64,000 nt of DNA from Marivivens sp. (GCA_023255435.1 JALRIK010000001.1:61368-125367); one strand, 5' to 3'; positions 1-11,688 are shown, numbered from the stretch's first letter. Numbers and translations are program-made. The notes: a model not told the origin generated them from the letters alone.

Positions 1-234
1 GAGACCCGACTGGGCGCAGGCCGCATAGACGGCCAGTGCGTTAGGCGATTTTTCAACCTGCAGGGCGACACGGTCGCCAGCTTTCAAACCCAGTTCCGCG
101 AGAGCATGGGCATAACGTGCGGCAAGCTTCAAAAACCGGCCATGGCTCAACCTCGACCCATCGGGAAGGATGAGAAAGGTCGAAGTCTTGCCGATATGGC
201 GTCCGAAAAGCCGATCAAAAAGCGGATTACCCAT
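1..234 (-). CDS. matB: Malonyl-CoA synthetase-like acyl-CoA ligase, N-terminal part (runs off window start)
   Basis: Hand translation (not in ORF track): MGNPLFDRLFGRHIG...LGLKAGDRVALQVEKSPNALAVYAACAQSGL; GDRVAxQVEKS is typical of the MatB N-terminus. Confidence 0.75.
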   Translation of the reverse strand, partial: MGNPLFDRLFGRHIGKTSTFLILPDGSRLSHGRFLKLAARYAHALAELGLKAGDRVALQVEKSPNALAVYAACAQSGL

Positions 235-309
235 TATGCCCTCAAAACTCGTTCGAGCGCGACTATCCCCAACATTTCGACCAAAACAAGGCTCTTTGCG
301 GGAATGGCG

Positions 310-1665
310 TCAAAGAGCCCTACTATGGCGGCCTTCGGGCATCGCGTAGGCATCGACCTCCTGAGCGCAAAGTCGAGCGATAAGGCGCGCGCTTTCGTTC
401 AGTTTGATGACGCCATCTTCGATCACGAGCTGGTCGTGAAAACGCTCTCTCATCCGTGTGGTCATGGCAAAGATTTCGCTTTCCGTCTTGTGATGCCGTG
501 CGGCAAGCGCTTTGCAGTCGATGGCAAAATTGCACATCAGGCTTTCGATCATATCCGAACGCAAAAGATCATCGACTGACATCGTATGGCCACGTTCGGT
601 CGCAAGATGGCCCTCTTCGATATAGGTCGCATATTTCGACGAAGCGGAAACGTTCTGCGCAAAGCCTTGGGGATAGCGCGAGATGGCCGAGGCCCCCATC
701 CCGATCAGAACATCCGATGTGTCGTCCGTATAGCCTTGGAAGTTGCGGCGCATTGTGTCGTTGCGGTTGGCGAGCGCCAGACTGTCATCGGGGCGGGCAT
801 AGTGGTCGATCCCGATTTCTTCGTAGCCGTCCCAGAGGAACAACTCGCGCGCGGTATCGAAAAGCTCGAGCCGTTGCTCGGCGCTGGGCAGTTCGTCTGC
901 AGGGATCATGACCTGACGTTTGGCCATCCACGGCACATGGGCATAGCCATAGAGCGCAACACGGTCGGGGCTGAGCGAAAGGACGCGCTGCACACTGTCC
1001 GCCATCCGTTCTTTGGTTTGGAACGGCAAGCCGTAGAGAATGTCCATGTTGAGCGAGGTGATCCCTGCGGTGCGGAGCATGTCGACAACGCGGCGCGTAT
1101 CTTCGAAGCTTTGATCGCGACCAATGGATTGCTGGACGATCGGGTCAAAGTCCTGAACCCCGATCGAAGCGCGTGTCATACCGATCCCTGCCAGAGCGTC
1201 GATGCGGGCTTGGTCCACTTCCGTCGGGTCGATCTCGACCGAAAACTGGAGATCCTCGGCCAGCGGTCGAAACGCCCGAACAGCAGCTCCGAGTTCTCGG
1301 ATCATGTAAGGCGGCAACAATGTCGGAGTGCCGCCGCCGAAATGGATCTGGCTGATGATCACGTCCTTGCGAAGGTTCTTTCCCACAAGCTCAAGTTCCT
1401 TCTTGAGCAGTGCAAGGTAGGGCACAAGCGGCCGATCCGTCGAGGTGCCCTGAGTGCGGCAAGCACAGAACCAGCAGAGCCGCCGACAATAGGGGATATG
1501 GAAATACAAAGACACTCTTGCGCCCGAAGGAACGGCGCTGATCCACTCCGCGGTTGTCGTCGGGGCGACATCATTCGAAAAATGGTTTGCTGGGGGATAG
1601 CTTGTGTATCTTGGCGCACGGGCGTCAAATAGTCCCAATTCGCGAAGTCTTTCATGAGAAACCAT
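310..1665 (-). CDS. hemN: Oxygen-independent coproporphyrinogen III oxidase
   Basis: PRYTSYP, radical SAM motif HIPYCRRLCWFCAC, GGGTPT, RNFQGY; divergent from fnrL. Confidence 0.96.
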   Translation of the reverse strand: MVSHERLRELGLFDARAPRYTSYPPANHFSNDVAPTTTAEWISAVPSGARVSLYFHIPYCRRLCWFCACRTQGTSTDRPLVPYLALLKKELELVGKNLRKDVIISQIHFGGGTPTLLPPYMIRELGAAVRAFRPLAEDLQFSVEIDPTEVDQARIDALAGIGMTRASIGVQDFDPIVQQSIGRDQSFEDTRRVVDMLRTAGITSLNMDILYGLPFQTKERMADSVQRVLSLSPDRVALYGYAHVPWMAKRQVMIPADELPSAEQRLELFDTARELFLWDGYEEIGIDHYARPDDSLALANRNDTMRRNFQGYTDDTSDVLIGMGASAISRYPQGFAQNVSASSKYATYIEEGHLATERGHTMSVDDLLRSDMIESLMCNFAIDCKALAARHHKTESEIFAMTTRMRERFHDQLVIEDGVIKLNESARLIARLCAQEVDAYAMPEGRHSRAL

Positions 1666-1684
1666 TGCATATCCTCGGGCAAAA

Positions 1685-1698
1685 TGGATTAAGGTAAA
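1685..1698. promoter_or_regulatory. Degenerate FNR/FnrL box in hemN-fnrL spacer
   Basis: TGGAT-TAAG-GTAAA, two mismatches to TTGAY-N4-RTCAA; a GTCAA half-site also lies at 1722-1726. Confidence 0.35.
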
Positions 1699-1729
1699 GA
1701 CACTGCACGCGCGAACCGAGGGTCAAAGT

Positions 1730-2470
1730 TTGACGATACCACTGACCAATGAAATCCACTGCGGCGAGTGTCCGATCCGCCATCGGGCGGTCTGTGCGAA
1801 GTGTGACAGCGACGAGCTCGAACGGCTTGAAGCGATCAAATATTATCGAACCTATGAAGCGGGCCAGACCATTGCCTGGGCGGGAGACGAGATGAGCTTT
1901 CTCGGTTCCGTGGTTCGCGGTGTTGCGACCCTGAGCCAAACGCTCGAAGACGGTCGCACGCAAATGTTGGGGCTTTTGCTCCCCTCGGATTTTATCGGCC
2001 GACCGGGTCGCAGCGCCTCGGCTTATGACGTGACAGCCGTGAGCGAAGTGACGCTTTGCTGTTTTCGTCGGCGCCCGTTCGAACAGTTGATGGCCGTTAC
2101 CCCGCATGTTGCCGAACGGCTTTTGGACATGACGCTGGACGAGCTCGATGCAGCGCGCGAATGGATGCTGATCCTCGGGCGCAAAACGGCGCGGGAAAAG
2201 ATCGCAAGCCTTTTGGCAATCATCGCGCGACGCGAATCCACTTTGACGTTGGGTAATCTCAAAGGGCGCATCGAAATCAACCTGCCCCTGACACGCGAAG
2301 CGATGGCCGATTATCTCGGTCTCACGCTCGAAACGGTGAGCCGCCAGATCTCGGCGCTCAAGCGAGAAGGGATCATCACGCTCGACGGCAAGCGCAAAAT
2401 CCTTGTCGAGGACTTTGAAGCGCTGCTCGCCGAGACTGGTGACGATATGGACGGCGGTATGATCGCCTGA
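1730..2470 (+). CDS. fnrL: Anaerobic regulator FnrL (CRP/FNR family)
   Basis: N-terminal Cys cluster CGECPIRHRAVC, central C (TLCCF), HTH ADYLGLTLETVSR; TTG start; next to hemN and cco. Confidence 0.95.
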   Translation: MTIPLTNEIHCGECPIRHRAVCAKCDSDELERLEAIKYYRTYEAGQTIAWAGDEMSFLGSVVRGVATLSQTLEDGRTQMLGLLLPSDFIGRPGRSASAYDVTAVSEVTLCCFRRRPFEQLMAVTPHVAERLLDMTLDELDAAREWMLILGRKTAREKIASLLAIIARRESTLTLGNLKGRIEINLPLTREAMADYLGLTLETVSRQISALKREGIITLDGKRKILVEDFEALLAETGDDMDGGMIA

Positions 2471-2496
2471 TCCAAATTTTGCCGCGATTTGGCACA

Positions 2497-3339
2497 TCAG
2501 TGCGCCATAATCAGCGGTATTTTCGTATGTTCGAGCAAATCCCGCGTCGCTCCGCCAAGGATCGACTCGCGGAAGCGCGAGTGTCCATAAGCGCCCATCA
2601 CGATGGCATCGATAGCGTGATCTATTGCGAAACGGGTCAGAACCTCGGAAATGCGCGGCATCGTTCTGGCAAGGATCGAGACTTCGGCTTTGACCCCGTG
2701 GCGCGCAAGCATCAAGCAAATCGCTCCGCCAGGATCAGAGCGTTCGGGAGAATGCGCGGGCGGGTCGACCATCACGATATGGACGCGGTGCGCCTGTTTG
2801 AGCACGGGCAAGGCGGCACGGATGGCGGCAAAGGATTCACTGCTTTCGTTCCATGCCACCAGAACCTGACGGAAGGGCTCTCCCGAAAGAACCTCACCTT
2901 GGGGAATGACCAAAACGGGCGCGCCCGAACCGAAGAGTTCTGCTTCGAGAACGGTTACGTGTAGCGGGTTCTTCTGGGGGCCATAGGGTTTGGCGGCAAC
3001 GACGATGTCGCAATAGCCCGCAAGCCGCGCAACCATGGCCTCGATCCCCATTTGAGGCACAACCGAGGGAATGATCGCCAAGGGGCCATAGTCTTTTGGG
3101 AGAAGCGCAGTCACCCAAGCGGCAAGCTCTTCTGCGCTCTGGCGGGCGTCTTCAAGCGCGTTCACTGCAAGACTCGCGGCGCTCCCTATGGGAACCGCTT
3201 CGAAACGGGCGGGATCGATTCCGATGCAGTGCACGTCAATATGCGCACCGCCTGCAACGGCGAGGTTAAAGGCGCTCATCAGGGCGTCATGGTCGGCTTC
3301 TTGATCGGTAACTACGACCGAAATCGTTTTGTAAGCCAT
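2497..3339 (-). CDS. Universal stress protein (tandem Usp)
   Basis: VAWNES and VMGAYGHSRFRESILGGATR motifs; start moved to MAYKT after GGAG; divergent from ccoN. Confidence 0.92.
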   Translation of the reverse strand: MAYKTISVVVTDQEADHDALMSAFNLAVAGGAHIDVHCIGIDPARFEAVPIGSAASLAVNALEDARQSAEELAAWVTALLPKDYGPLAIIPSVVPQMGIEAMVARLAGYCDIVVAAKPYGPQKNPLHVTVLEAELFGSGAPVLVIPQGEVLSGEPFRQVLVAWNESSESFAAIRAALPVLKQAHRVHIVMVDPPAHSPERSDPGGAICLMLARHGVKAEVSILARTMPRISEVLTRFAIDHAIDAIVMGAYGHSRFRESILGGATRDLLEHTKIPLIMAH

Positions 3340-3425
3340 CGGTTGCTCTCCCAAATCGACGAATTGAACGGGGAATCCCCTCCGTTCACTGGAAAAAGGA
3401 CTATCAGAGCTTGGCGTCTGAAAAC

Positions 3426-3439
3426 TTGACATGGATCAA
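3426..3439. promoter_or_regulatory. FNR/FnrL box shared by usp and ccoN
   Basis: TTGAC-ATGG-ATCAA matches TTGAY-N4-RTCAA. Confidence 0.88.
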
Positions 3440-3529
3440 GGCGGCGACCTCTCGCGAATGTGAAACCCCTAACCAGAGCTGAACAGCCTGCGCACGATTC
3501 TGCGTGGGCGAAATAAGGGAACGCTTGTT

Positions 3530-5122
<1,593 letters not shown>

Positions 5123-5134
5123 GGAGAACTGATT

Positions 5135-5860
5135 ATGGGTATCCTTGATCGCCATAAGGTTCTTGAGAAAAACGCCACTCTGCTGCTTATCGGTAGCCTT
5201 GCAGTGGTCACTATCGGCGGGATCGTTGAAATCGCTCCGCTGTTCTATCTGGAAAACACCATTGAGGATGTAGAAGGCGTTCGCCCCTACTCCCCGCTGG
5301 AGCTGGCAGGTCGTGAGATCTACATCCGTGAAGGTTGCTACGTCTGCCACAGCCAGATGATCCGTCCGATGCGTGACGAGGTCGAGCGCTATGGTCACTA
5401 TAGCCTCGCGGCCGAGTCCAAATACGACCACCCCTTCCAATGGGGGTCGAAGCGGACCGGTCCCGACCTTGCGCGTGTCGGTGGTCGTTATTCTGATGAA
5501 TGGCACGTTGACCACCTCACAGATCCGCAGTCGGTTGTGCCGGAATCGGTCATGCCCAAGTATGGCTTCCTTTCGAATGCTATAATTGAGCCGACCTACA
5601 TCACCGACCTGATGGAGACGCACGCGATTGTGGGCGTTCCCTACACCGAAGAGATGATCGCAGAAGCTCAGGCCGACTTCCTTGTGCAAGTCGATCCTGA
5701 CGGTGACTACGATGCTCTGGTCGAGCGTTATCCGGGTGCAGTGGTAAGCAACTTTGATGGCCAAGAAGCCGTGACCGAAATGGACGCGCTTATTGCATAT
5801 CTTCAGATGCTTGGCACGCTGGTCGACTTCTCGACCTTCACCCCTGACGCTAGCCGGTAA
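5135..5860 (+). CDS. ccoO: cbb3-type cytochrome c oxidase subunit II
   Basis: [14 protein letters not shown] heme motif, [14 protein letters not shown]. Confidence 0.99.
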   Translation: MGILDRHKVLEKNATLLLIGSLAVVTIGGIVEIAPLFYLENTIEDVEGVRPYSPLELAGREIYIREGCYVCHSQMIRPMRDEVERYGHYSLAAESKYDHPFQWGSKRTGPDLARVGGRYSDEWHVDHLTDPQSVVPESVMPKYGFLSNAIIEPTYITDLMETHAIVGVPYTEEMIAEAQADFLVQVDPDGDYDALVERYPGAVVSNFDGQEAVTEMDALIAYLQMLGTLVDFSTFTPDASR

Positions 5861-5871
5861 GGGAGGGCGTG

Positions 5872-6069
5872 ATGAACTATCACATCCTACGTGAAATCGC
5901 AGATAGCTGGGTTCTTCTGGCGCTGTTCCTGTTCTTCGTGGGCGTGTTTTTCTGGGCTTGGCGCCCCGGAAGCCGCGCCACCCACGATGACGCCGCTGCG
6001 GTTGTTTTCCGCAACGAGGATGCGCCGGCCCAAGACAGCAACATCGAAGGTGCGGAGGCTCGGGTATGA
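5872..6069 (+). CDS. ccoQ: cbb3-type cytochrome c oxidase subunit IV
   Basis: Small single-TM protein YHILREIADSW...WAWRPG between ccoO and ccoP. Confidence 0.93.
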   Translation: MNYHILREIADSWVLLALFLFFVGVFFWAWRPGSRATHDDAAAVVFRNEDAPAQDSNIEGAEARV

Positions 6070-6944
6070 GCAAGAAGACGCAAGATAAACACGAAGTCGA
6101 AACGACCGGCCACAGCTGGGACGGTATCGAAGAATACAACAATCCTCTCCCGCGTTGGTGGGTTTGGGTCTTCTATGCGACCATCGTTTGGGGGATCTGG
6201 TACACGATCGCCTATCCCGCTTGGCCGATGCTCAAAGGCGCGACGGCAGGCTATCTCGGCTTCTCGACCCGCGCGGACGTTGCTGCCGATATCGCAGCCG
6301 TAGAAGAACAGAACGCCGCGCTGACCACCGAGCTTGCCTCGATCGATCTGACGACGCTTGCGGACAATGCCGAGCTTCATCAGTTCGCCATTAACGGTGG
6401 TGCCGCCGTGTTCCGTGCCAACTGTTCGCAGTGTCACGGCTCGGGTGCAGCAGGTGCCAAGGGTTATCCGAACCTTCTGGATAACGACTGGCTCTGGGGC
6501 GGCAGCATCGAAGACATCGCTTTCACGGTCACGCACGGTATCCGCAACGATCAGTCGGGCGACGCCCGCTGGGTCGAGATGCCCGCCTTTGGCGACATCC
6601 TTGAAGAAGGCGAGATCGACGCGGTTGTGAACCATGTCCTTTCGATCTCGGGTCAAGAAGCCGATGCGACCCTTGCAGCGGCAGGCGAGACCGTCTTCCT
6701 CGACAACTGTGCCTCGTGCCACGGTGATGCAGGCGAAGGCAATCGTGACTTTGGTGCGCCGACGCTCAACGATGCGATCTGGCTCTATGGCGGCGACTTC
6801 GACACGCTCAAGGAAACCGTCACTAAGGCACGCTTTGGCGTGATGCCCGCATGGAGCGAAGAATTCCGCCCCGGTGTTGGCCTCACGGCTGCTGAAATCA
6901 ATGCTGTTGCGGCTTACGTCCATCAGCTTGGTGGCGGCGAGTAA
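6066..6944 (+). CDS. ccoP: cbb3-type cytochrome c oxidase subunit III
   Basis: TTGHSWDGIEEYNNPLPRWW; two CxxCH motifs (CSQCH, CASCH). Confidence 0.99.
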   Translation: MSKKTQDKHEVETTGHSWDGIEEYNNPLPRWWVWVFYATIVWGIWYTIAYPAWPMLKGATAGYLGFSTRADVAADIAAVEEQNAALTTELASIDLTTLADNAELHQFAINGGAAVFRANCSQCHGSGAAGAKGYPNLLDNDWLWGGSIEDIAFTVTHGIRNDQSGDARWVEMPAFGDILEEGEIDAVVNHVLSISGQEADATLAAAGETVFLDNCASCHGDAGEGNRDFGAPTLNDAIWLYGGDFDTLKETVTKARFGVMPAWSEEFRPGVGLTAAEINAVAAYVHQLGGGE

Positions 6945-7055
6945 CCACAAGCAGAATACCGAGCGGCGTGTTGCAGCCACGCCGCGCGGTTCCATCGGTC
7001 CAGCCCCTGTTCGCGCATGACGCAGGACTGATGGCTCCCTCTGGCGAGAGGGCGG

Positions 7056-7094
7056 AACCTCCGGTCGGGAATTTTCCCCGCACCGGAGGTTTTC
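7056..7094 (+). terminator. Probable intrinsic terminator after ccoP
   Basis: Stem AACCTCCGGT (7056-7065)/ACCGGAGGTT (7082-7091) running into a short T tract. Confidence 0.65.
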
Positions 7095-7130
7095 GTATTT
7101 CAGGGGCCATTGTTCACACTTGGCGCAATC

Positions 7131-7144
7131 TTGATCTGGGTCAA
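7131..7144 (+). promoter_or_regulatory. FNR/FnrL box upstream of ccoG
   Basis: TTGAT-CTGG-GTCAA. Confidence 0.88.
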
Positions 7145-7209
7145 AGAAGGTGACTCGGAGCCGTGCAAAAAGGACCATGCGAACAGAGTTGAAATTTTAG
7201 GATTCCTTT

Positions 7210-8637
7210 ATGTCCTCCTCCGATACACCGCCGTCCCTTTACGCCGCTCGGGAACCTGTTTTCCCGCGTCGCGTCTCGGGTTTTTTCCGCTCGATGAAGT
7301 GGGTCATAATGGCCGTCACCTTGGGCATCTATTACCTGACACCGTGGATCCGGTGGGACCGTGGGCCGGAATTGCCCGATCAAGCGGTTCTGGTCGACCT
7401 TGCAGGTCGGCGGTTCTTTTTCTTCTGGATCGAGATTTGGCCTCAGGAGTTCTATTTCGTCGCAGGACTGCTCATCATGGCGGGGCTTGGGCTCTTCCTC
7501 TTCACCTCGGCACTTGGTCGAGTTTGGTGCGGATATGCTTGCCCTCAAACCGTTTGGACTGATTTGTTCATTCTTGTTGAGCGATGGGTTGAGGGCGATC
7601 GAAACGCCCGTGTTCGTCTTTGGAATGCAAAGTGGGATTTCCGCAAGTTCCGCCTTCGCATCACGAAATGGACCCTCTGGGTTTTGATCGCGCTCGCCAC
7701 AGGCGGTGCTTGGGTGTTCTACTTCACCGACGCGCCTTCGCTTTTCGTCGCGCTTTTGAATGGCACAGCGCACCCTGTCGCCTACACAACCATGGCAATT
7801 CTTACCGCGACCACTTTTGCTTTTGGTGGCGTCGCGCGCGAACAGATCTGTATCTATGCCTGCCCTTGGCCGCGTATTCAGGCTGCGATGATGGACGAAG
7901 ACACCATCACCATAGGCTATCGCGAATGGCGCGGAGAGCCGCGTGGCAAGCTCAAGAAAGGTCAGGAAACGGGCGAGCAGGGCGATTGCATCGATTGTAT
8001 GGCCTGTGTGAACGTGTGCCCGATGGGCATCGACATCCGCAACGGGCAACAGATGGAATGCATCACCTGCGGCCTGTGTATCGACGCTTGTGACGACATG
8101 ATGGAGAAGATCGGCAAGCCGCGTGGTCTGATCGACTATCTCGCACTTAAGGACGAAGCGGCAGAGCGTGCAGGTCAGGCCCCGACGCCGATCCTGAAGC
8201 ACATCCTGCGTCCGCGCACGATCCTATATACCTCGCTCTGGTCGGCTATCGGTGCTGCACTCGTCTTTGCGCTCTTTATCCGCCCCGAAATCAATATGAC
8301 CGTGGCTCCCGTGCGCAACCCGACCTTTATCGTGCAATCCGATGGCACAATCCGTAACGTCTATGACATCCGTCTCCAGAATAAACATGGAGAGGCGCGG
8401 CCTTTTGGTCTCTCGGTAAGCAACGGGTCCGATTTGAGCATCGACGTCGAAGGTGTTGACGGTACGCTTGTGACAGTGCCTGCTGACGAAACCTATCAGG
8501 TGCGTGTCTATGTCGACGCCCCTGCGACCTCTGACGCAGCTCATGCAGAGCGCACACCTTTTACCTTCTGGATCACCGATCTGAACAACAATGATCGCGC
8601 CTACAAAGAAACCATCTTCAACGGACGGGAGAACTAG
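7210..8637 (+). CDS. ccoG: cbb3 oxidase accessory protein CcoG (FixG/RdxB)
   Basis: GRVWCGYACPQTVW, CIYACPWPRIQ, two ferredoxin motifs CIDCMACVNVCP and CITCGLCIDAC. Confidence 0.97.
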   Translation: MSSSDTPPSLYAAREPVFPRRVSGFFRSMKWVIMAVTLGIYYLTPWIRWDRGPELPDQAVLVDLAGRRFFFFWIEIWPQEFYFVAGLLIMAGLGLFLFTSALGRVWCGYACPQTVWTDLFILVERWVEGDRNARVRLWNAKWDFRKFRLRITKWTLWVLIALATGGAWVFYFTDAPSLFVALLNGTAHPVAYTTMAILTATTFAFGGVAREQICIYACPWPRIQAAMMDEDTITIGYREWRGEPRGKLKKGQETGEQGDCIDCMACVNVCPMGIDIRNGQQMECITCGLCIDACDDMMEKIGKPRGLIDYLALKDEAAERAGQAPTPILKHILRPRTILYTSLWSAIGAALVFALFIRPEINMTVAPVRNPTFIVQSDGTIRNVYDIRLQNKHGEARPFGLSVSNGSDLSIDVEGVDGTLVTVPADETYQVRVYVDAPATSDAAHAERTPFTFWITDLNNNDRAYKETIFNGREN

Positions 8638-8638
8638 G

Positions 8639-9106
8639 ATGACATCATTTTTTCGCGGCCCGATCACCGGCCCAAAGTTTTTCGCCATCTTTGCTTCGTT
8701 CTTTATCGTCATTATCTCGGTCAATCTCGTGCTGGCCTATAGCGCGGTAAAAACCTTTCCGGGTCTCGAGGTGAAAAACTCGTATGTCGCGAGCCAAACC
8801 TTCGACAAAGATCGCCAAGCGCAGGAAGCGCTTGGCTGGAACATCGACGCGCGGGTGCAGCACGGCGAGCTTCATCTCATGATCACCGATGCCGGCGGCA
8901 AGCCCGTCGAGGCAAAGTCGGTCAACGGAACCTTTGGCCGTGCGACGAGTGTGCGGGACGACCAAGCGCCCGTATTTGTTTTTGACGGAACGATGTATCG
9001 CGCGCCTGTAACCACCGCTCCAGGAAACTGGAACCTTCGTTTCGAAGCGCTGGCCCAGGACGGGACCCTGTTCAAACAGCGCGTGGTTGTGATCGTAGAA
9101 AGCTGA
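8639..9106 (+). CDS. ccoH: CcoH/FixH assembly protein
   Basis: N-terminal TM then TFPGLEVKNSYVASQ; ATG directly after the ccoG stop. Confidence 0.93.
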   Translation: MTSFFRGPITGPKFFAIFASFFIVIISVNLVLAYSAVKTFPGLEVKNSYVASQTFDKDRQAQEALGWNIDARVQHGELHLMITDAGGKPVEAKSVNGTFGRATSVRDDQAPVFVFDGTMYRAPVTTAPGNWNLRFEALAQDGTLFKQRVVVIVES

Positions 9107-9110
9107 GATC

Positions 9111-11300
9111 ATGAGCGTTTCCGAAGTGCCCTCAGTCGCCGCTTGTCCGGCTTGTATCGCGACCCCTCTGGCTATCGAGCGGGCCAAGGGCAAAGCGGCA
9201 ACTGCGGATCAGGAGTTTCAACTCTCGTTGCCGACGGTTCATTGTGCGGCCTGTATCTCGGCCATCGAGAATGGCTTGATGGCCACTGACGGCGTTGCAG
9301 ATGTGCGCGTCAACCTCACCCGCAAACGCGCGACCGTTAAAGTCTCTGCGGGGATCACGGTTGACGACATTGTGGAGCTTATCGCCTCCTTCGGCTATCA
9401 GGCATCGCCGCTCGATATGGCCACGCTGACCGCAGGGGAATCCGACCGCGCGTCTCGGGATCTGGCTATGCGGCTAGGCGTTTCGGGCTTTGCGATGATG
9501 AACGTCATGCTGCTTTCGGTCGCTGTCTGGTCGGGCGCAACAGATGCTACGCGTGATCTCTTTCACTGGATTTCCGCGGGGATCGCGCTTCCGACGATCG
9601 TGTTCGCGGCGCAACCGTTTTTCAAAAGCGCTTGGTCCGTTCTGAAAGTTGGACGCCTGAACATGGACGTTCCGATCTCGCTCGCCATTTTCTTGGCTTC
9701 GGTCATGTCCGTGTTCGAAACTATGTCGGGTGGTGCGCACGCTTATTTCGATGCAGCTTTATCGCTGACGTTCTTCTTGCTCGCGGGACGTTATCTGGAT
9801 CAGAGAATGCGCGGTGTGGCTCGGTCCGCTGCGACCGAACTTGCCGCGATGGAGGCGCCGATGGCGCTTCGGTTGAGGAATGGTCATGCCGAGACGATTG
9901 CCCTCAAGCATGTGGCCGTCGGTGATATTCTCCTTGTTCAACCCGGCTCGCGTGTGCCCGTTGACGGCACCATCATCAAAGGCGCAACCGAGCTTGATCG
10001 CGCTTTTCTCACGGGTGAGACAGACCTTGTTCCTGCTGGTGTCGGTGATTTTATCCGTGCAGGCGAGGTGAACCTTACTGGTGCCATCGAAGTCCGCGCC
10101 GATGCTGTCGGCGAAGATACATTGCTTCACGGCTTGGCCGATCTGGTTTCGGTCGCCGAGCAAGCCAAGTCACGATATAACTCGCTCGCGGATCGCGCCG
10201 CCCGCATTTACGCGCCGTTGGTGCATTTACTGGCATTGGTCGCTTTCGGGCTTTGGCTTTGGCTGAGTCATGGTGACGTGCGGCTCGCTCTGAACATTGC
10301 GGTTGCGGTTCTCATCATCACCTGTCCCTGTGCGCTTGGGCTCGCGGTGCCTGCGGTTTCGACCGTTGCCTCGGGACGCTTGTTCAAAGCGGGGCTCTTG
10401 GTCAAACACGCGAGCGCGCTTGAAAGGCTTGCCGAAGCGGATCACGTGGTCTTTGACAAAACAGGCACTTTGACCCTCGGTCGCCCGAGTTTTCATAACG
10501 CACATCTATTGAGCAAAGAATCTCTTGCGATAATGCACGCCTTGGCCCAAAGTTCAGCGCATCCGCGGTCCAAAGCGATCGTAGAAGTGACGAAAGACAT
10601 GTCTTTACCTTGGGTAAGCTTGTCGGATATCACCGAATTGCCCGGACAAGGCGTCGAGGGTCAGTGGGAGGAGCTGACTGTCCGACTTGGCCGGGCAAGC
10701 TGGGTGACGAATAATCCCCAGAGTAAAGGCACGATGTTCATGGTTGAAGGCCACGAACCCGTGCAGCTTTCATTCGAAGATGCCCTGCGACCCGGTGCGC
10801 GGGAGCTTGTTCAAACGCTTCGCGAAAGTGGGATTCCGATGACACTTTTGTCTGGGGATACCGAGACCGTTGTTGCCGATCTTGCCCGTGATCTCGGGAT
10901 ACCCGCGTATCAGTCGGAAATGATGCCCGATGAAAAGGTTGCGGCTGTGCAGTCGCTTCAGGCCAAGGGCGCCAAGGTGCTGATGATCGGGGACGGTCTC
11001 AATGACACTGCTGCGCTTGCCTCGGCCCATGTGTCGGCGGCGCCTGCCTCAGCCCTCGAAGCCACCCGAGTCGCTTCGGATTTTGTTCTGGTTTCCCAAG
11101 ATTTGTCGAATATCGGCCGCGCCATGTGCCTCTCGAAGTCTGCAAGAACGCGTATTCTCGAGAATTTTGGCGTCGCGGCTGTCTACAATTTGATAGCGGT
11201 GCCGATTGCGTTCATGGGTTTTGCGACTCCGCTAGCTGCGGCAATTGCGATGTCGACGTCTTCGATTATAGTTTCCCTTAATGCGCTGAGGGTTCGATAA
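9111..11300 (+). CDS. ccoI: Cu-translocating P1B ATPase CcoI/FixI
   Basis: CAAC metal-binding domain, LTGE, CPCALG, DKTGTLT, GDGLND. Confidence 0.95.
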   Translation: MSVSEVPSVAACPACIATPLAIERAKGKAATADQEFQLSLPTVHCAACISAIENGLMATDGVADVRVNLTRKRATVKVSAGITVDDIVELIASFGYQASPLDMATLTAGESDRASRDLAMRLGVSGFAMMNVMLLSVAVWSGATDATRDLFHWISAGIALPTIVFAAQPFFKSAWSVLKVGRLNMDVPISLAIFLASVMSVFETMSGGAHAYFDAALSLTFFLLAGRYLDQRMRGVARSAATELAAMEAPMALRLRNGHAETIALKHVAVGDILLVQPGSRVPVDGTIIKGATELDRAFLTGETDLVPAGVGDFIRAGEVNLTGAIEVRADAVGEDTLLHGLADLVSVAEQAKSRYNSLADRAARIYAPLVHLLALVAFGLWLWLSHGDVRLALNIAVAVLIITCPCALGLAVPAVSTVASGRLFKAGLLVKHASALERLAEADHVVFDKTGTLTLGRPSFHNAHLLSKESLAIMHALAQSSAHPRSKAIVEVTKDMSLPWVSLSDITELPGQGVEGQWEELTVRLGRASWVTNNPQSKGTMFMVEGHEPVQLSFEDALRPGARELVQTLRESGIPMTLLSGDTETVVADLARDLGIPAYQSEMMPDEKVAAVQSLQAKGAKVLMIGDGLNDTAALASAHVSAAPASALEATRVASDFVLVSQDLSNIGRAMCLSKSARTRILENFGVAAVYNLIAVPIAFMGFATPLAAAIAMSTSSIIVSLNALRVR

Positions 11301-11302
11301 CG

Positions 11303-11467
11303 ATGGATGTGCTAGTCATTTTGATACCCGTTTCGATCGGGCTCGGGATTCTCGGGTTGCTGGGGTTCTATTGGACCATGCACAACAGCCAGTATGATGA
11401 CCCCGATGGCGACGCCGAGCGCATTCTGCGCCGTGATTTCGATGAATTACCTGCAGAAGATCGCTAG
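11303..11467 (+). CDS. ccoS: cbb3 oxidase maturation protein CcoS/FixS (54 aa)
   Basis: Hand translation MDVLVILIPVSIGLGILGLLGFYWTMHNSQYDDPDGDAERIL...; LIPVS and QYDD..G.AERIL motifs; below ORF-track cutoff. Confidence 0.95.
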   Translation: MDVLVILIPVSIGLGILGLLGFYWTMHNSQYDDPDGDAERILRRDFDELPAEDR

Positions 11468-11487
11468 AATTCGCAACCTTTGAAACG

Positions 11488-11523
11488 AAACAAGGCGCGG
11501 GACATTTCCGCGCCTTTGTTTTT
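11488..11523. terminator. Bidirectional terminator between ccoS and tRNA-Pro
   Basis: AAGGCGCGG/CCGCGCCTT stem flanked by A and T tracts. Confidence 0.7.
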
Positions 11524-11539
11524 CCGAAAATCGGGAAAT

Positions 11540-11616
11540 TGGTCGGAGCGAGAGGATTCGAACCTCCGACCCCCTGCTCCCGAAGCAGGTGCGCTACCAG
11601 GCTGCGCTACGCTCCG
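11540..11616 (-). tRNA. tRNA-Pro(CGG)
   Basis: Reverse complement CGGAGCGTAGCGCAGCCTGGTAGCGCACCTGCTTCGGGAGCAGGGGGTCGGAGGTTCGAATCCTCTCGCTCCGACCA; 77 nt, anticodon CGG, encoded CCA. Confidence 0.98.
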
Positions 11617-11688
11617 ACCGTGGACCGCGAGTTACTAGCTATCGCGGTGTTTGGCAAGGCCGGAAAGGGCCTTGGCACCGCTTTTTCG

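Noticed and set aside
6968-7153. 61-aa ORF between ccoP and ccoG
   Set aside because: GTG start without SD; it runs through a terminator and the FNR box; RNA structure explains the region better
11540-11616. tRNA-Pro as an integration site for a mobile element
   Set aside because: No integrase, no duplicated tRNA 3' end seen, and ordinary core genes lie on both sides
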